A DNA stretch of 64,000 nucleotides from Azolla caroliniana (Eukaryota > Plantae > Polypodiophyta): the NCBI GenBank assembly GCA_043228905.1, contig JBHGNT010000014.1:17422001-17486000 (forward strand), read 5' to 3'. This document shows positions 46,821-59,899 of the stretch, piece by piece. How positions within the stretch are numbered: position 1 is the first letter of the stretch; the number at the start of each line of letters is the position of its first letter. The notes beneath the pieces are model-generated. The model ran no database searches. It was not told the origin of the DNA and saw only the letters and a list, made by a program, of their open reading frames with translations. The translations under genes were made by a program, and so were the position numbers.

Positions 46821-48661
46821 ATGAACAAGGGAAAGAAAATTACCAGGTATCTTCTTTTAACTATTTTTTTAAGATTATGTACGGATTCCCAAAAGATTCC
46901 TTTTTTCTTGTCCAATTTTGCATCGAGAACTCGTTGTAGTGCATTGAGTTCTCAGTGCACTGCATCGAGTTCGCGTTGAAAGGACACAATTTTGTGATTG
47001 ATGTGCTACAAATAGTAATTTTATTGATAGTTTGCTAGCATTTTTTTGAGTATTGTTTATGCTAAGTTACATTAAAATTCAAGGTTTTTCTATTGATTTT
47101 CATCAACTTTATCTTTGTTTTAATGTTTAGGGTGTCCATTTTTAAGAATATTTTCATATGATTGTGTTATTGCTTGTTGTTTGCAGTGAGCCTCGTCAAA
47201 AGGTTCCATCTTTTAAACTAAATATTCCCTCCCCAACGAAGAAGCCTGCATAAAGAATCTCGAAGAACTAAAGTCTTCGATCGCCAATACTATGAAGACA
47301 TTAGCCGATAATATTGTGGAGCCTCGCCTCAAGAGAGACCTCCATGTAAAATGGATGTTGATCTATACTGAGGAAGAAGGGGATTTGCTCCTCATATTTG
47401 CAAAGTTCGAAGGTGAGGGTAAGGTTCATGTGGGAAAGACCTTCACCTATGGGCAAATAAAAAACATAGAATATGAGGGCAATGACTCACCTTACCTGTT
47501 GTTCGAATTGATGAAGGCAATTTTGTAACAAACTCCTGCCACCCCAAAGCCTTAAAGAAAGATGTTGAAACAAAGAACAACTTAAATGTCTCTTTGCGTC
47601 CGTACATTAAAGGAGAACTCATGGTTGTGCAAGCAAGCACCCCACCAAAGACTGCCCGAAAAGGAAACTCAGAACACAAGAAGTACAAGAAACGACAACA
47701 TCCTGAGGACGACGAGCCCGAAGTTCTCGAGTTCGTCGAAGATGAGGATGAAGATACACAACTAGAAGTAATTCCTCCATTTGGCCAGTTTGCCTTGGGA
47801 ATCCTCACCTCAAAATAAAATCAGATTCATGAAAATATTGCGAAGACTAAGCTTGTCTATAAGGGACAATTGTTTCATTTACCGATTTGTTCAATTCTGA
47901 GGCCACCAATTCATCCAGAAACAGGAGGAAAGGCTTTAGAGATAAGAGAGCCGCATCCAGTGCATGTGTAGAATTTGAAAAGCAAAATGAAGATCAATCC
48001 ACATGCTACTATTGTGCCATTCTTAGTAATGGTAGACCCAAATCAATGCCCAACTGTAGTGGACTTCAAGTACAATTCGGCAAATGATTATACATACTAC
48101 GTGATTGGAGGATCCCACTCTACTGAAGCTCAACGTGAACTTGTTAAGGAGTATCCTCTTACACCCTTCTTCAGATATGCAGAATGTAAAGTGTATGTTG
48201 GTCTTACACAAGAAGAAGCCAAGTTGCTAAGGAGTATCCTCTTACACCCTTCTTCAGATATGCAGAATGTAAAGTGTATGTTGGTCTTACACAAGAAGAA
48301 GCCAAGTTGCTAGCCTGGGACCACAATAATGATAATGCCGATAGACAAAAGATGTCATGTATAGAGCGCATTAGGTTCTTTCATCACGAGTACCATGATG
48401 CTTTGCAAAAATTTGGTCCTAGGCTACATCCTGGATTACGACGACAATGTCTGCTTGAAGTGGGGATAGCAGTTGACGAAAAACACAAAGCCTAAAGGCC
48501 AGAGAAAGTACGACTCATGGTTTCAACTTGCTTTTAGAACAACGGAGGTGTGCGACCTCCAAGATTGAATATTCAGTATGTGGGAGTGAAAAGATATAAA
48601 GGGTCAACAATCAAAGAAGGCTAAGCTGGACCCTCAAGTGGAGATGAAGTCTAAGTCACGT
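46821..48661 (+). pseudogene. ParB/Srx-like gene of copy A', cut by a gypsy insertion
   Basis: ATGAACAAGGGAAAGAAAATTACCAG|GT, acceptor at 47186; YYVIGGSHSTEAQ..ECKVYVGLTQEEAKLLAWDHN; internal duplication of about 80 bp near 48150-48310. Confidence 0.75.
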
Positions 48662-51600
48662 TGTCGTGGAGAAAACCGTCCCTAGGAGGAATCGGTGGAT
48701 GGTGTGCGTGAACCGGCCCTTACACACGAGCACATGTTTTGATATATGTACATACATAGTTAAGTACAGGTCGGCGATGTAATTATCCTAGGTTGCACGA
48801 CTTCATTAAGTAGGGAATCGAAGAGGATCTCTATCCGAAAGGATAGAGAATAACAGTTATTTAACAATCTGTAAACGGCTCTCTCTCCTTGCGCTATAAA
48901 AGGTGAGGAAAAGGACCTGAGTGGGTATCGCGTTTTATTTGGAGGACAAAGTGTTGTCAGACTGGGAACCGAGCTCTCTCCTCCACCATCGTTGTTGTTT
49001 CTACAAGGATTTTGGGTTAGGTTGGCTGCCTCTGCTGCATGAAAGCCCATGTGCTTTCGGTAGAGGCCTCACTGCGTATTTCAGTGCGTCTGTTCGTCTG
49101 TGTCGATTCTGTCACTGGCTGGCCGGTTGTAACATTGCAAGCTCTATAATCTATACTGTTATTGGAATTGATTCTTACGTTTCTGTCTCTCTGTGCTTCT
49201 GCGAATCTCTCTCCCTCTCGTTTCTCACGCTCCTCGGTTCAGGGCCCCCGCAGTCCCACCTTATTTCATACGCGAGAGCATAACAACACGACATATATTT
49301 GGTGAACCCGACGTGAAGCAAGGAGGCAGAGGAATTGAAAATGAGGGGATCTGAGCTTGCCGAATCCATGGCAATAGCAGTCGACCAGATAGTAAGTGTT
49401 CGCGAGGGCACAAGCGCCCTCGACAAGGCCATTGAAGCGATTGTCGGTACAATAGGCCGGTTCGATGGGAAGGACACCACAAGTTATTTGGTGGCCTACC
49501 GGACCGAAATGGTGATGAGGGACATCCTGGAGGAGAGGCATCTGGTTGGGTTACCTCAGGTAGCGACATCGGGCATCCACGCAGAGGTGCTTGAGGTGCA
49601 AGCTGGATGCCGGACCTGGGGGGAATTCGAAGCGCGGCTCCTCGAGCAGTACGGGCTTGATGACACGCTTCGATTATCAAAGCGGGACTTTATGGATTGG
49701 GTGGAGACCCCAGGGAAGGGGAGGAATGCGCGGCGCTCCTCCTGGAGTTTGAGGAACGCTTCGCCCGTCTTTCGGCACTAGACATGACCGTACTGGACAC
49801 GAGTCGTGTCCTCTTATTTGTCAAAGTTGTGGACGTGTGGGATCAGGAACAAGTGGGTCTCCTGCTAGAGACAAATGATGGGCTGACGGCCGACTGGGCC
49901 GTGGTAAAAGGGGTCTACGGCCGTTTCCACAAACGGCGTGAGTGGGTCGACAAGGGCTCGTCAGGGGCAATAGTGGTTGCGGCGAGAAACCTTGAGGGAC
50001 CCCCGCCGGCGCGCAAGGAGGAGACCCGAGATTGGCTTGAGACAGGCTCGTCCGGCGTGGTCAAGGGCCCGTCCGGCAAAGCGGCTCTGGAAGAACTGAC
50101 GCAGATGGTATGAGACCTCCATATTGCACAAGCGGGGAGGGACAACAGCGAGCAGCCTCGCAACCGAAGGCCTCCGGGTGGGCATCGATGCTTGTGGTGT
50201 GACGCGGTCGGTCACGTCCGGAAGGACTGCGTGGACTTCGCAGAAGCAATAAGGGCTAATGTGGTGTACCTATGGAACGGGAGGGTGCACGCTATCGAGA
50301 CCCGGAGAGCCTTGGAGTTGAATATCGGACGGGGAGGAATGAAGAGGTTGATGGAAGAAGCGGCGGCGCGCCACGTGGAGACCATCCACTACTCGCCATC
50401 GGCAAGGATCCGGGTCGGGAGTGATGAAGGCCGGAAGACGAAAGACTCTAGGTTCTGGCCAGTAGTGCTAGAAGGCCTCACCGGCGTGCAGTTGAGAAGG
50501 GAGGAAGCGGACCGCGCGGAAGGACGGATCCGGGAGGAGCGATCCGATCGAAGAAAATACCGGCCTTGTGGAAGCCACATACCAGAATTACGAGGTTCTA
50601 GTAGAAGACAAGCATGCGGGGAAAACCGGAGGGGCCAGACCCTCGCAGTGGTACGAGACCCGATCCGGACCGAAGTAGAATGACGTCGGTGCTGCCGGCA
50701 CACCGGATAAAGCAAAGAAAGCCGGTTACCGGTTGAGCACTGAGATAGAAAGAACAACGGACCTGCGGAAGGTCCTTGAGGAACGAATCCTCGATAGCAA
50801 GGTGGAGTTGTTGCTGAGGGAAGTGCTTGGGATCACCAAGAAAGAATTCTATGACTCTATCGTGGACTTGGTGAAGCGAAAAAGGCTTTCGACGGAGCCG
50901 GAGCCGGAGAGGTCGGTGGAGGTGCAAACAACACACCTAGAAGACATGGCCCTGGAAGATGAGTTGGCGGAAAGCCACTATTCAAAGTTGCACTGGGCAA
51001 GAGCCACTACGGAGACCCCGGTTAGGATCGGGGACATCCAGGAGCCGGTGGTGGCATTAGTAGACCATGATTCAGAGATCAACTTGATGTCTATGGACTT
51101 CTACAAGAAGGGCAAGTGACCAATCAACACCAAGCATGGGTGGAAAATACGAGCGGTGACGCGTGCCACGAAGGAGCTACATGGGGCCTGCCCGAATGTG
51201 CAGGTGAAAATCGGTGATGTCGAGATCGACCATCACATCTTTGTGCAGGAGACATCCTCGCATCCGGTGATACTCGAAGAACCATACATTACGCCAGCGC
51301 GTATAGAAACGAAAGTGATGGATAACGGTTTGGCGTACGCACGCGTGAAGAGCCAAGATGGACGACACTCCGTCCAATTCCTGATTGTGCGACTGAACCA
51401 TGAGCGCAACCGCGAGACCCTCGGCAGCGAAAGCCGAGGGGATTTTTAGAGAGGGCTATCAAAGCGTAGGGCCGCAATAGTCCGGACAGCCCGGAGGATC
51501 CCCACACTTGTACCATAGGTCGGAAGTTTTGGTTCTTCGATAGCGGAGGTTGTACGATAGCCGGCATCGTTGGTTGGGAGAAGAAGTGGGCAGAGAGACG

Positions 51601-54600
51601 ACTCAGGATATGTGGAGTCCTCGGCACCGTGGAGGCCGTCTCTTTCAACGACACCCTCGGGGAAATCGGGAAGGTGATCGAAGAAGGCCTCAGTGAAGAC
51701 TGGATGATTCTGGTTAACTCGTTGGAAATGTATGAAGTCATTACCGACTTCAGGGAAAGGGTCAAGTCGAATCGGACAAGCTGCATGTATACAAAGTACA
51801 AGACTGTGGACCAAAAGGTGAGGCTAGTCGTGGCACCCTTGCCGGAGGGCAGCGGGTTACGGATGAAAGGGGTCGCGATGGACCCAAGTCTACGGGATCC
51901 GGTCGGCATAGGACACCGGTTCACCGACATAAGCTATAAGAGCTCAAGGTTGGTGGGGCTGGCTTTCTACTACCGGCGGAGGAGGAACGGTTTCGGAGAA
52001 TGCTCGGGAGGCACGGGAAGGCCTTCGCATTCTCACCGGAAGAGATCGGGTGCGCGGACCCGACGGTCGTTGAGCTGATGGTTATCTTTATAGTACCGCA
52101 TGTGTCGTGGAATCTCAAACCGATTCCGGTGCCCAAAGCTCACATCCCGAAGCTGATGGAGTTGCTGAAACAGAAGGTGGAGATGGGCATCCTCAAACCG
52201 TCGAGTGCCCCATACTCGAATCGGTGGTTTACCGTGCCAAAGAAGAACCGTACATTGCGCTTTATTCAGGACCTACAACCGGTCAACAAGGTGACCATTT
52301 GGAATGCAGGAATCGGACCGACCATCGACGAGTTCGCGGAGGCCTTCGCTGGAAGGTCGATTTACTCGGTCGGGGATCTGTACTCGGGATATGACCAATT
52401 CCAACTAGCCGAAGAGAGCAGGGATATTACGACAATGCAGACTCCTCTCGGCCTAGTGCGAATGTGTACCCTCCCGCAGGGGGGGACAAACTCGGTAGCG
52501 CACATGGTGAATGCGATGAATAAGGTGCTAAGGGATTGCATTCCAGACATCACCATGCCATTTTTGGATGACATTCCAATCAAGGGATGTCCAGTGGAGG
52601 GTAAGGACGAAATGGTCGGACCGGACAGGTGTCAGAGATTCGTCTCAGACCACATGAGAGACTGTGCGAAGGTGCTACAAAGGTTGCAAGAGGCACAGGT
52701 CACCTTCTCGGGGGAGATGTTGGCTTTCGGACAGTCTTAAATCATGGTCGTCGGTCATTTGTCCGGGCCTTATGGCCGGAAGCCGTCTTCGGCAAAGGTC
52801 GAAGCCATTTCCGCGATGAAAGAAGAATGCAAGTCGGTAACGGAAGTCCGGAGATTCATGGGAGCTTGCGTATTCTACCACATTTGGATCCCGCATTAAA
52901 CCCATATCGCGGAGCCACTCTACGGGTTATTGAAGAAAGGATGCAAGTTTGACTGGAGCAGGGAGCATGCAGAGTCGGTCCGGAAAATGAAAGAGGTGCT
53001 TACTGTGGCACTAGCGCCCCAGTGGTTAATGAGTTTGACGAGAGCAAGTACGAGGGGAAGTGGCTCCAGATTGGTGGATTCCTGAGGACGATGGCGTCGG
53101 ACGCGACATGGACAAAGGAAGAGGCTAGCCGGATCCGGAAGAAAGCGTACCGATTCTTCCTACGGGACAAAAGCATATGGAAGCACCCGAAGAAGCGAGA
53201 TGGCATCCCGCTTCGAGTGGTGGCGAGGAAGGAGGAGCAAGAAGCATTGTTGATGGCGTACCACGAGAGTCCTTGGGCCAGACACCGGGGGACATGGGCC
53301 ACGTTCGAGAAGCTGAAGGAGAAGTAATGGTGGTCGGGACTATACCGGGATGTGCATCGGTTGGTAACGACGTGTGAAAGCTGTCAGATGCATTCCATAG
53401 TCCGACATCGGGATGAGCTGCACCCGACTTACCCACCGACCTTCCACTTCAAGTGGATGGTAGATCTGGTGACGATGCCAATGGGGGTAGGGCAGATGCG
53501 ATACCTAGTGCTAGCACAAGAAGATCTGACGAACCAGGTGGAGGGCTGAGCATTACCGAACAAGACGACCGCGGTCATGTGTCCGTTCCTAATCGAGGAG
53601 GTGGTGTGTCGGTACAAGTGTGTAGGGAAAATCGTAGCAGACTGTGGAGAACTGGATGCACAAGAGGCCGAAGAGCTATTTGAATGGTTAGGGGTTAAAC
53701 TCTCGCTCACTACGGCGTACAATCCCGAGGCAAACGGGAAGGTGGAACGCGGACATGGGCCAATCGTAAAGGCGTTGGTGCAGGCCTAAGGAGGCCAAGT
53801 CGGGAATTGGTCGCGGCTCCTACACTACGCATTGTGGGCAGACCGAACTATGCACAGTTCGGTAACTGGGTTCATGCCGACGGAACTGATGTACAGGCAG
53901 AAGCCGATCATGCCGATGGAGGGAACAATCTCCTCGTGGGCCGCGGTAGATTGGAGAGATGAGATGAGTCGGGAGGAGCTATTAGCGGCACAAATCCAAC
54001 AGCTCGAGCGAAGACCGAAGGACGTAGAACGAGCAATAGCGAAGCTGCATGTGGCCAGGACTAAGAACAAGGAGCGATTCGACCGGACTCACCGACTACG
54101 CCCAAAGAAAATCGAGGAAGGCGACAGGGTTCTGGTTTACGACAACAGCCTCAACAACCAGCACAAGGCAATGCGGAAGTTTGCAAGAAGGTGGTTCGGG
54201 CCTTACGTGGTGACAAGCGCCAACGACAACGGCACCTACCACCTCGCGGAGCTTAACGGAACAAGAATAGTTGTGCTGGTGGACGGGAAGAGGATCAAGA
54301 CGTTCAAGAAACGGCACGAGGACGAACCGGACCTAGAGGGAATGGATGGCGACGATGACCGGTCTAGAGTGGGTGGCGACGATGACCGGTCTTCTCCGGC
54401 AGAAGCCTATTCTGGCGCATACCGGAGGATGCGCGGTTAGGTGGGGGCGGATGTCGTGGAGAAAATCGTCCCTAGGAGGAATCGGTGGATGGTGTGCGTG
54501 AACCGGCCCTTACACACGGGCACATGTTTTGATATATTTACATACATAGTTAAGTACAGGTCGGCGATGTAATTATCCTAGGTTGCACGACTTTATTAAT

Positions 54601-54905
54601 AGGGAATCAAAGATGATATCTATCCGAAAGGATAGAGAATAATAACGATTTAATAGTTTGTAAACAGCTCTCTCTCCTTCCGCTATAAAAGGTGAGGAAA
54701 AGGGCCTTAGTGGGCATCGCGTTTTTTTTGGAGGACGAAGTGCTGTCAGACTGGGAACCGAGCTCTCTCCTCCACCATTGTTGTTGTTTCTGCAGGGATT
54801 TTGGGTTAGGTTAGTTGCCTCTGCTGCATGAAAGCTCGTGTGCTTCCGATAGAGGCCTCACTGCATATTTCAGTGCGTGTGTTCGTCTGTGTCGAGTCTG
54901 TCACT
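48662..54905 (+). mobile_element. Degenerate Ty3/gypsy related to 23897-30952; RNase H deleted, 3' LTR truncated
   Basis: LTR 48662-49293, Trp PBS at 49300, gag/PR/RT/IN pieces, PPT GGTGGGGGCGGA, 3' LTR 54452 to about 54905; left flank ACGT. Confidence 0.93.
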
Positions 54906-56060
54906 AGTTTGTTATATTCGCACCGGTCCATCGTGTGGCTCGTAGATTGGCAGAGTAAGTAGTGCGTCCGCATGGTGCACTCCAGTGACGAGTGTCTGGA
55001 ATTCAAGCAGGTCGTGCATTGGATTGCTTGCCAGAAACGGAGATCCTCATCGGTTGGTAATGCTCGTTGGAGTTTGAGGTCTTAGCCGGTCTTCCTTTGG
55101 TGTTGCGGGCTCAACTTCCGGTGTTGGAGGTTTTTGTCGGTGTACTTCCGTCTCCGGAGGTTGCTCCACGACGAGTGCCGGAGGTTCTTGGTCTACCAAC
55201 TCTGGTTCCGGTGTCGGTAAAGTATCCGACTCCTCGTCCTCCGGTCCTCCTGGGGTGTCGTTACTGCTGCGATAGTTCGTATGTGCGTTGTAACCCCCTT
55301 CTGAATCTGATTCCAGTGCTGAAAATGCTTCGGATTCGCCGTCTCTTCCGGCCAAGGCCTGGAGAAGGGTTTCCGCTTCCCGGAGGCTGCTTAAGCTGCT
55401 TCCTTCGTCCGGGTAGGCGTTTTGTTGTAGACGGAGCGACTCCTCCGCCACTTTCCGGATCACTTTGGAAAATGATCGATCCGTTCGGATTTCTTCCGCT
55501 GCTTGCTGGAAAGCCTCTCGCCGCCGTCTCCGTTCAACAAGTCTTCGTGCTCTCTCTGTAACCGGGTCGTCTATTGGCCTAGTCATCCATTCCTGCCGTT
55601 GCTCACTGCGATAATGCAGGAATCGTGGTCGCCAAAAACTGTGTTATTGCTAGGGCCGGACAACAGCCTAACACAGGGTGTCCACTTAAGACACGTCACA
55701 AAAGGGTGGTACGATAGAATGACTTACGGCACAACGCTTACTTAGACCTTAATCGATTACTTAGCCATCCGTAATTAACACTCGTAAGATATAACAATGA
55801 ATACAGAACGGTAATCAACACTGGAAGATTAAGACAATAAACTTTATTAATTATCCGCTCTTGATTACATTGTAACCGGGCCTTTATATAGGTTTCCGGT
55901 GCGAAATACAAAACGGTGCCAACCGGCACCTTTACGGAATCGTTCCGGATCCGGATCGGCATACCGATTCCGGTCCGTCCGTCCACATCTTTTTATATAA
56001 TAATATGTATATATTAAGACTACTAATTTCAACAATTCCCGAATAACTATTCCTTTCACA
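54906..56060 (-). mobile_element. Truncated LTR retrotransposon: LTR 55640 to about 56060, PBS and gag fragment
   Basis: TG...CA segment followed (element strand) by TGGCGACCACG (probable tRNA-Arg PBS); ORF 55047-55586 and a degenerate knuckle LLCQSTSHTMDRC. Confidence 0.65.
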
Positions 56061-56646
56061 CTCTGGTTTGGACCTCCTTAAGCCTTCTTTGCCGGCCAGT
56101 AACAGTTACAACCGGCAGGCCGGTGAGTGACAAATCTCCTACGCGTATGTATATAAACGTATATATATATCAAGACGGTTACAACTAACAGGCCGGCAAG
56201 GCGGACACCGATGCCTGTTCACTCACACACACAGAAGAGCGAGATGGAGACTCTGCCGAAAGCACACGGGCGTTCCACGGAGCAGAGTCAGCCTCCCAAA
56301 AACCTACACAAAAATGACTATGGAGAGTGGAAGAGGAGAAGGGCTCAGTCCCCAGTCCGGTAGCACTTCGTCCTCTCTAACGCGCGATACTTTTTCATTC
56401 CTCTCCCTCTCTTTTATAGCCCAAGGAGGGAGGTCATTATCATCCATTACATCATATTAATTCTCTGTCCTTTCGAATAGAGATACAATTCGATTCTCTC
56501 CCTATTGAATGCGTGCTACCTAGGATTTCAACTCAGCCGACTTGTACCTACCTACTTACTATACAACGAAAAGTGTGCTCGCGTGTAAGAGCCGGTTTAC
56601 ACATGCTAAACTCGGTTTCTGCCTAGGGACAGTTTTCTTCACGACA
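56061..56646 (-). mobile_element. Partial LTR of the Trp-PBS gypsy family
   Basis: Ends ...GTTTTCTTCACGACA like 24559 and 30952; shares AGCACTTCGTCCTC; flank GCGT. Confidence 0.8.
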
Positions 56647-57787
56647 GCGTGCCGACCCGCCTCGTCCACCATGCCCACGGGACCAATCCGCTTCCGTGTA
56701 CAACATCCGGCTGTCAGTGGGTGCGCTAGTGGATGCACCGGCGTGGTTCTCCTCTACAAGGAGCATCGACTGTAAGTCGAAAAAAGACGACGTATTCTCC
56801 CTTGTACATACCGCCGTTCGGAACGCTCTGAACTTAGACGCCAAGCCCCCAAGACAGACCTGTACTATCTCGTCTTCCTCTACGGTAACGTTGATAGAGG
56901 CAAGCGAGTCACAGATCTCTTTGATCCGGGCCTTATAATCCGCCACCGACATGTCCTTCTGTCGGACATTGCTTAACTCCTGTCAGAGTTGCAGCTTCCG
57001 GGCTGTAGTGCTCGCGGCGAAAACCTTCTTCAAGTTTCCCCAAGCCTCCTTTGGTGTCAGCAGCTGGTCTCCGACACTGGACGTGAAGCAATACATCACT
57101 CTGCTTGCCGATTGTTCCCACACTGGGAAGTCCTTATGTGCCGCATCAGGTGTTGTTTCATTGGCTCCCTCGACGAAACTCCAATAGCCATGCCCAAGCA
57201 AGTACTGGTGCATCTTGTACGACCAAGATGCGTAGTTGGATCTGTCGAGTTTCTCCACAGGGAGCGAGCTAGCCATCCCTCTATCCATCACTTCTCTTTC
57301 TGTTGTTCTTACGACCTGTTAGGGTTTGTTTTCAAGCGTTTGTCGGCTACAGAGGAGGTTCTCAACCCTCGCGCTCTGATACCATGTAAACGATCACTTG
57401 CGGAAGCGTTAGAAAATAGAGAGAGTAGAGAATACACAGAGTACACGGGAGAGACAGAGAGAGAGCAAAGCGTAAAAAGATATATTCAAAACAATATAAT
57501 CACTCTCAATGTGTTACAACTGTGCTCAGTAGCACTATTTATACAAGTCCTCATGGGACTGACAGAAGCACCGCGTACTTCAATGCTCACACGAGCTTCT
57601 GACACTTACTACAAGACTATAATTGCCTAGTAGTCTAAACTAATACTACGCTTCCGGTTACCGATTGGATCCGGCTAACCGGCTCCCTAGTTCACCAGCT
57701 CGGTTGCTCACGGCTTACCGATCCATCTCGCTTGTCGGCTCAGGCTTATTCAGCCGATCCGGCTCTAGTTGAGCTTGCCGCTCAACA
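56647..57787 (-). mobile_element. Ty1/copia 5' fragment (LTR 57385 to about 57787, iMet PBS, gag)
   Basis: GCTCTGATACCA next to TG at 57385; KLDRSNYASWSYKMHQYLLGHGYW and SVADYKARIKEICDSLASI are copia gag motifs. Confidence 0.85.
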
Positions 57788-58191
57788 CAACATTCATTGA
57801 TAAAGGTCTTAAACATTGAGTTAGTACTCACTTTCACATGTATTATGTGAAATGTAATCTTTTTGGTCTCATAGGCCATATTTGAACTCTGAAGACAATT
57901 ATAATAGAATATATCTATCTATCTATCACTCAAACAATGAGACTCTGAATGCTCAATGCAAGATTAGGGCAAATGCACTTGATTAACACAATTAACACTA
58001 GATTAAGATTGTAACATTTTATTAGACTAGAAATGTATACCTTTATGCATAGGATTTACAAATGATTACAAAATCACCAAGTTTAGTTACAATGCCCGAG
58101 TCTCTAGGTGAGAACAAAAAACAAAAAATGGAGGAGAAACAATTCAACTCCACTCTTGTAGACACCATTCATCAAGTCCTGAAGACCACGT

Positions 58192-58852
58192 TGTCGTGAA
58201 GAAAACCGGCCATAGGCGGAATCGGAGAGAAAGGCGCATGAACCGGCTCTTACATAGGTGGACGCGAGAATTGATATTCTAGACATAATTCATAATTAGG
58301 TCGGTTGATGTAAATACTAGGTAGTACATATTTATTAGGGGATTGGTGCGTATCTCTGTCGAAAGGGACAGGGAATAAAGTGATTTGACTAGGGAAAAAC
58401 GGTCTCCCCTTGGCGAACTATTTAAGGAGGGAGAGAAGGAAGAAAGGGGATCGCGCGTTGGTGAGGACGAAGTGCTGCTGTAGAACTGAGTGTCGAGCTC
58501 TCTCTCCTCCGATCGTCGTTCTCTGTGGGTGTCGGGAGTTCACTGCCTCTGCTTTGTGGACAGCCCGTGTGCTTCCAGTAGAGGCTCTCCCCCTTCTTCT
58601 TCTTTTTTGTTTTTTTCGAGTCGAGTGGCTGTCGTCTGTGTGCGTGAGTAGGACCCCGCATCAGGTCCATTACCGGTTTGCCGGTTGTAACTGTTCGAGT
58701 TGTAAGCTACGGATTATAGTAATCGGATTCCTGTTTCTTGCTCTTGTTTTCCTTATGTGTATCTGCAACTCTCTCTCTCTCTCACTCTCTCCTTGGTCCA
58801 AGACCCCCGTGGTCCCACCTCTTCCTACACGCGAACGCGAAACTTCGCGACA
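58192..58852 (+). mobile_element. Solo LTR, Trp-PBS gypsy family
   Basis: TGTCGTGAAGAAAACCG...CGCGACA with TSD ACGT on both sides. Confidence 0.88.
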
Positions 58853-59081
58853 ACGTATAGTAGAAGAAGAAAATCCAAAACCTAACTCTCATGAAGATGA
58901 GAAAATAAATAAACACTAAAACTTCTATGAAAAACATGCACACTAAGAAGAAGAAGAGGAAGAAATTTCACAAAACCTTAACGGTGGACTCACAAAACCC
59001 AAAGTGAGCAACCAAAATAAGCCCTATTCTCAACATGAAATGTTAATTTTGGATGCAAAAAGGTATAATTCCTTTATACGC

Positions 59082-59502
59082 TGTCGTTAAGAAAACCGGC
59101 CACGAGGTGAAACGGGGGCACAGGCGTGTGTACCGCCGCATGCGTGGATGCCCGGGCATTGTAAATAACCTTGTACATAATCTAAGACTAGGCTAGGTCG
59201 GCGTGAGGGGAGAGCTTTAATATACGATAATTAATACGTGAACCAATCAAGATGAATCTTTGTCCAAAGCGGCAAAGAATAAATTATGATGTAACTGTGT
59301 GATGTAACGGCCCCTCCCTCTTTGACCTATAAAAAGAGGAAGAGCAGGTTGAAAAGGGATCCACATTTTGGGAGGAAGAAGTGTTGTCGGACTGGGGACC
59401 GAGCACCGATCGCAACTGCGTTCTTTCTTTTGCCGAACGCCTCTGCTCGCATAGGAAGCTTGTGTGCTCCCGATAGAGGCTTCACATTATATCTCGTCTT
59501 TG

Positions 59503-59577
<75 letters not shown>

Positions 59578-59815
59578 GTCAACTGAGTAGTGGCTCAGTT
59601 ACCGGCGAGCCGATTGTAATTCGATCTTAATCGATCAAGGGCTTCTTTCTCTTCTTGTTGTCTCTTGCATCGATCTAATCTCGACCGAGCCAGTCGAGCT
59701 CTGTGCTTTCCCGACAAGCTCTCTTTGTTTCATTTTCCCCTTCTCTCACAATCCACGGTTCAAGACCCTTGCAATCCCGCCTTCGTTTCTTACACATACT
59801 CATAATTACGCGACA
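59082..59815 (+). mobile_element. Solo LTR, Trp-PBS gypsy family, containing a (GT)n microsatellite
   Basis: TGTCGTTAAGAAAACCG...CGCGACA with TSD ACGC on both sides. Confidence 0.88.
59506..59576. repeat. (TG)n microsatellite, about 35 units
   Basis: Perfect dinucleotide run. Confidence 0.98.
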
Positions 59816-59899
59816 ACGCACTGGCAAAGATTCAAACTCTACACCTTTTGTATAGAATCAATAGCCTTATAAGTTATAACTACGACATTTACTTTTCTT

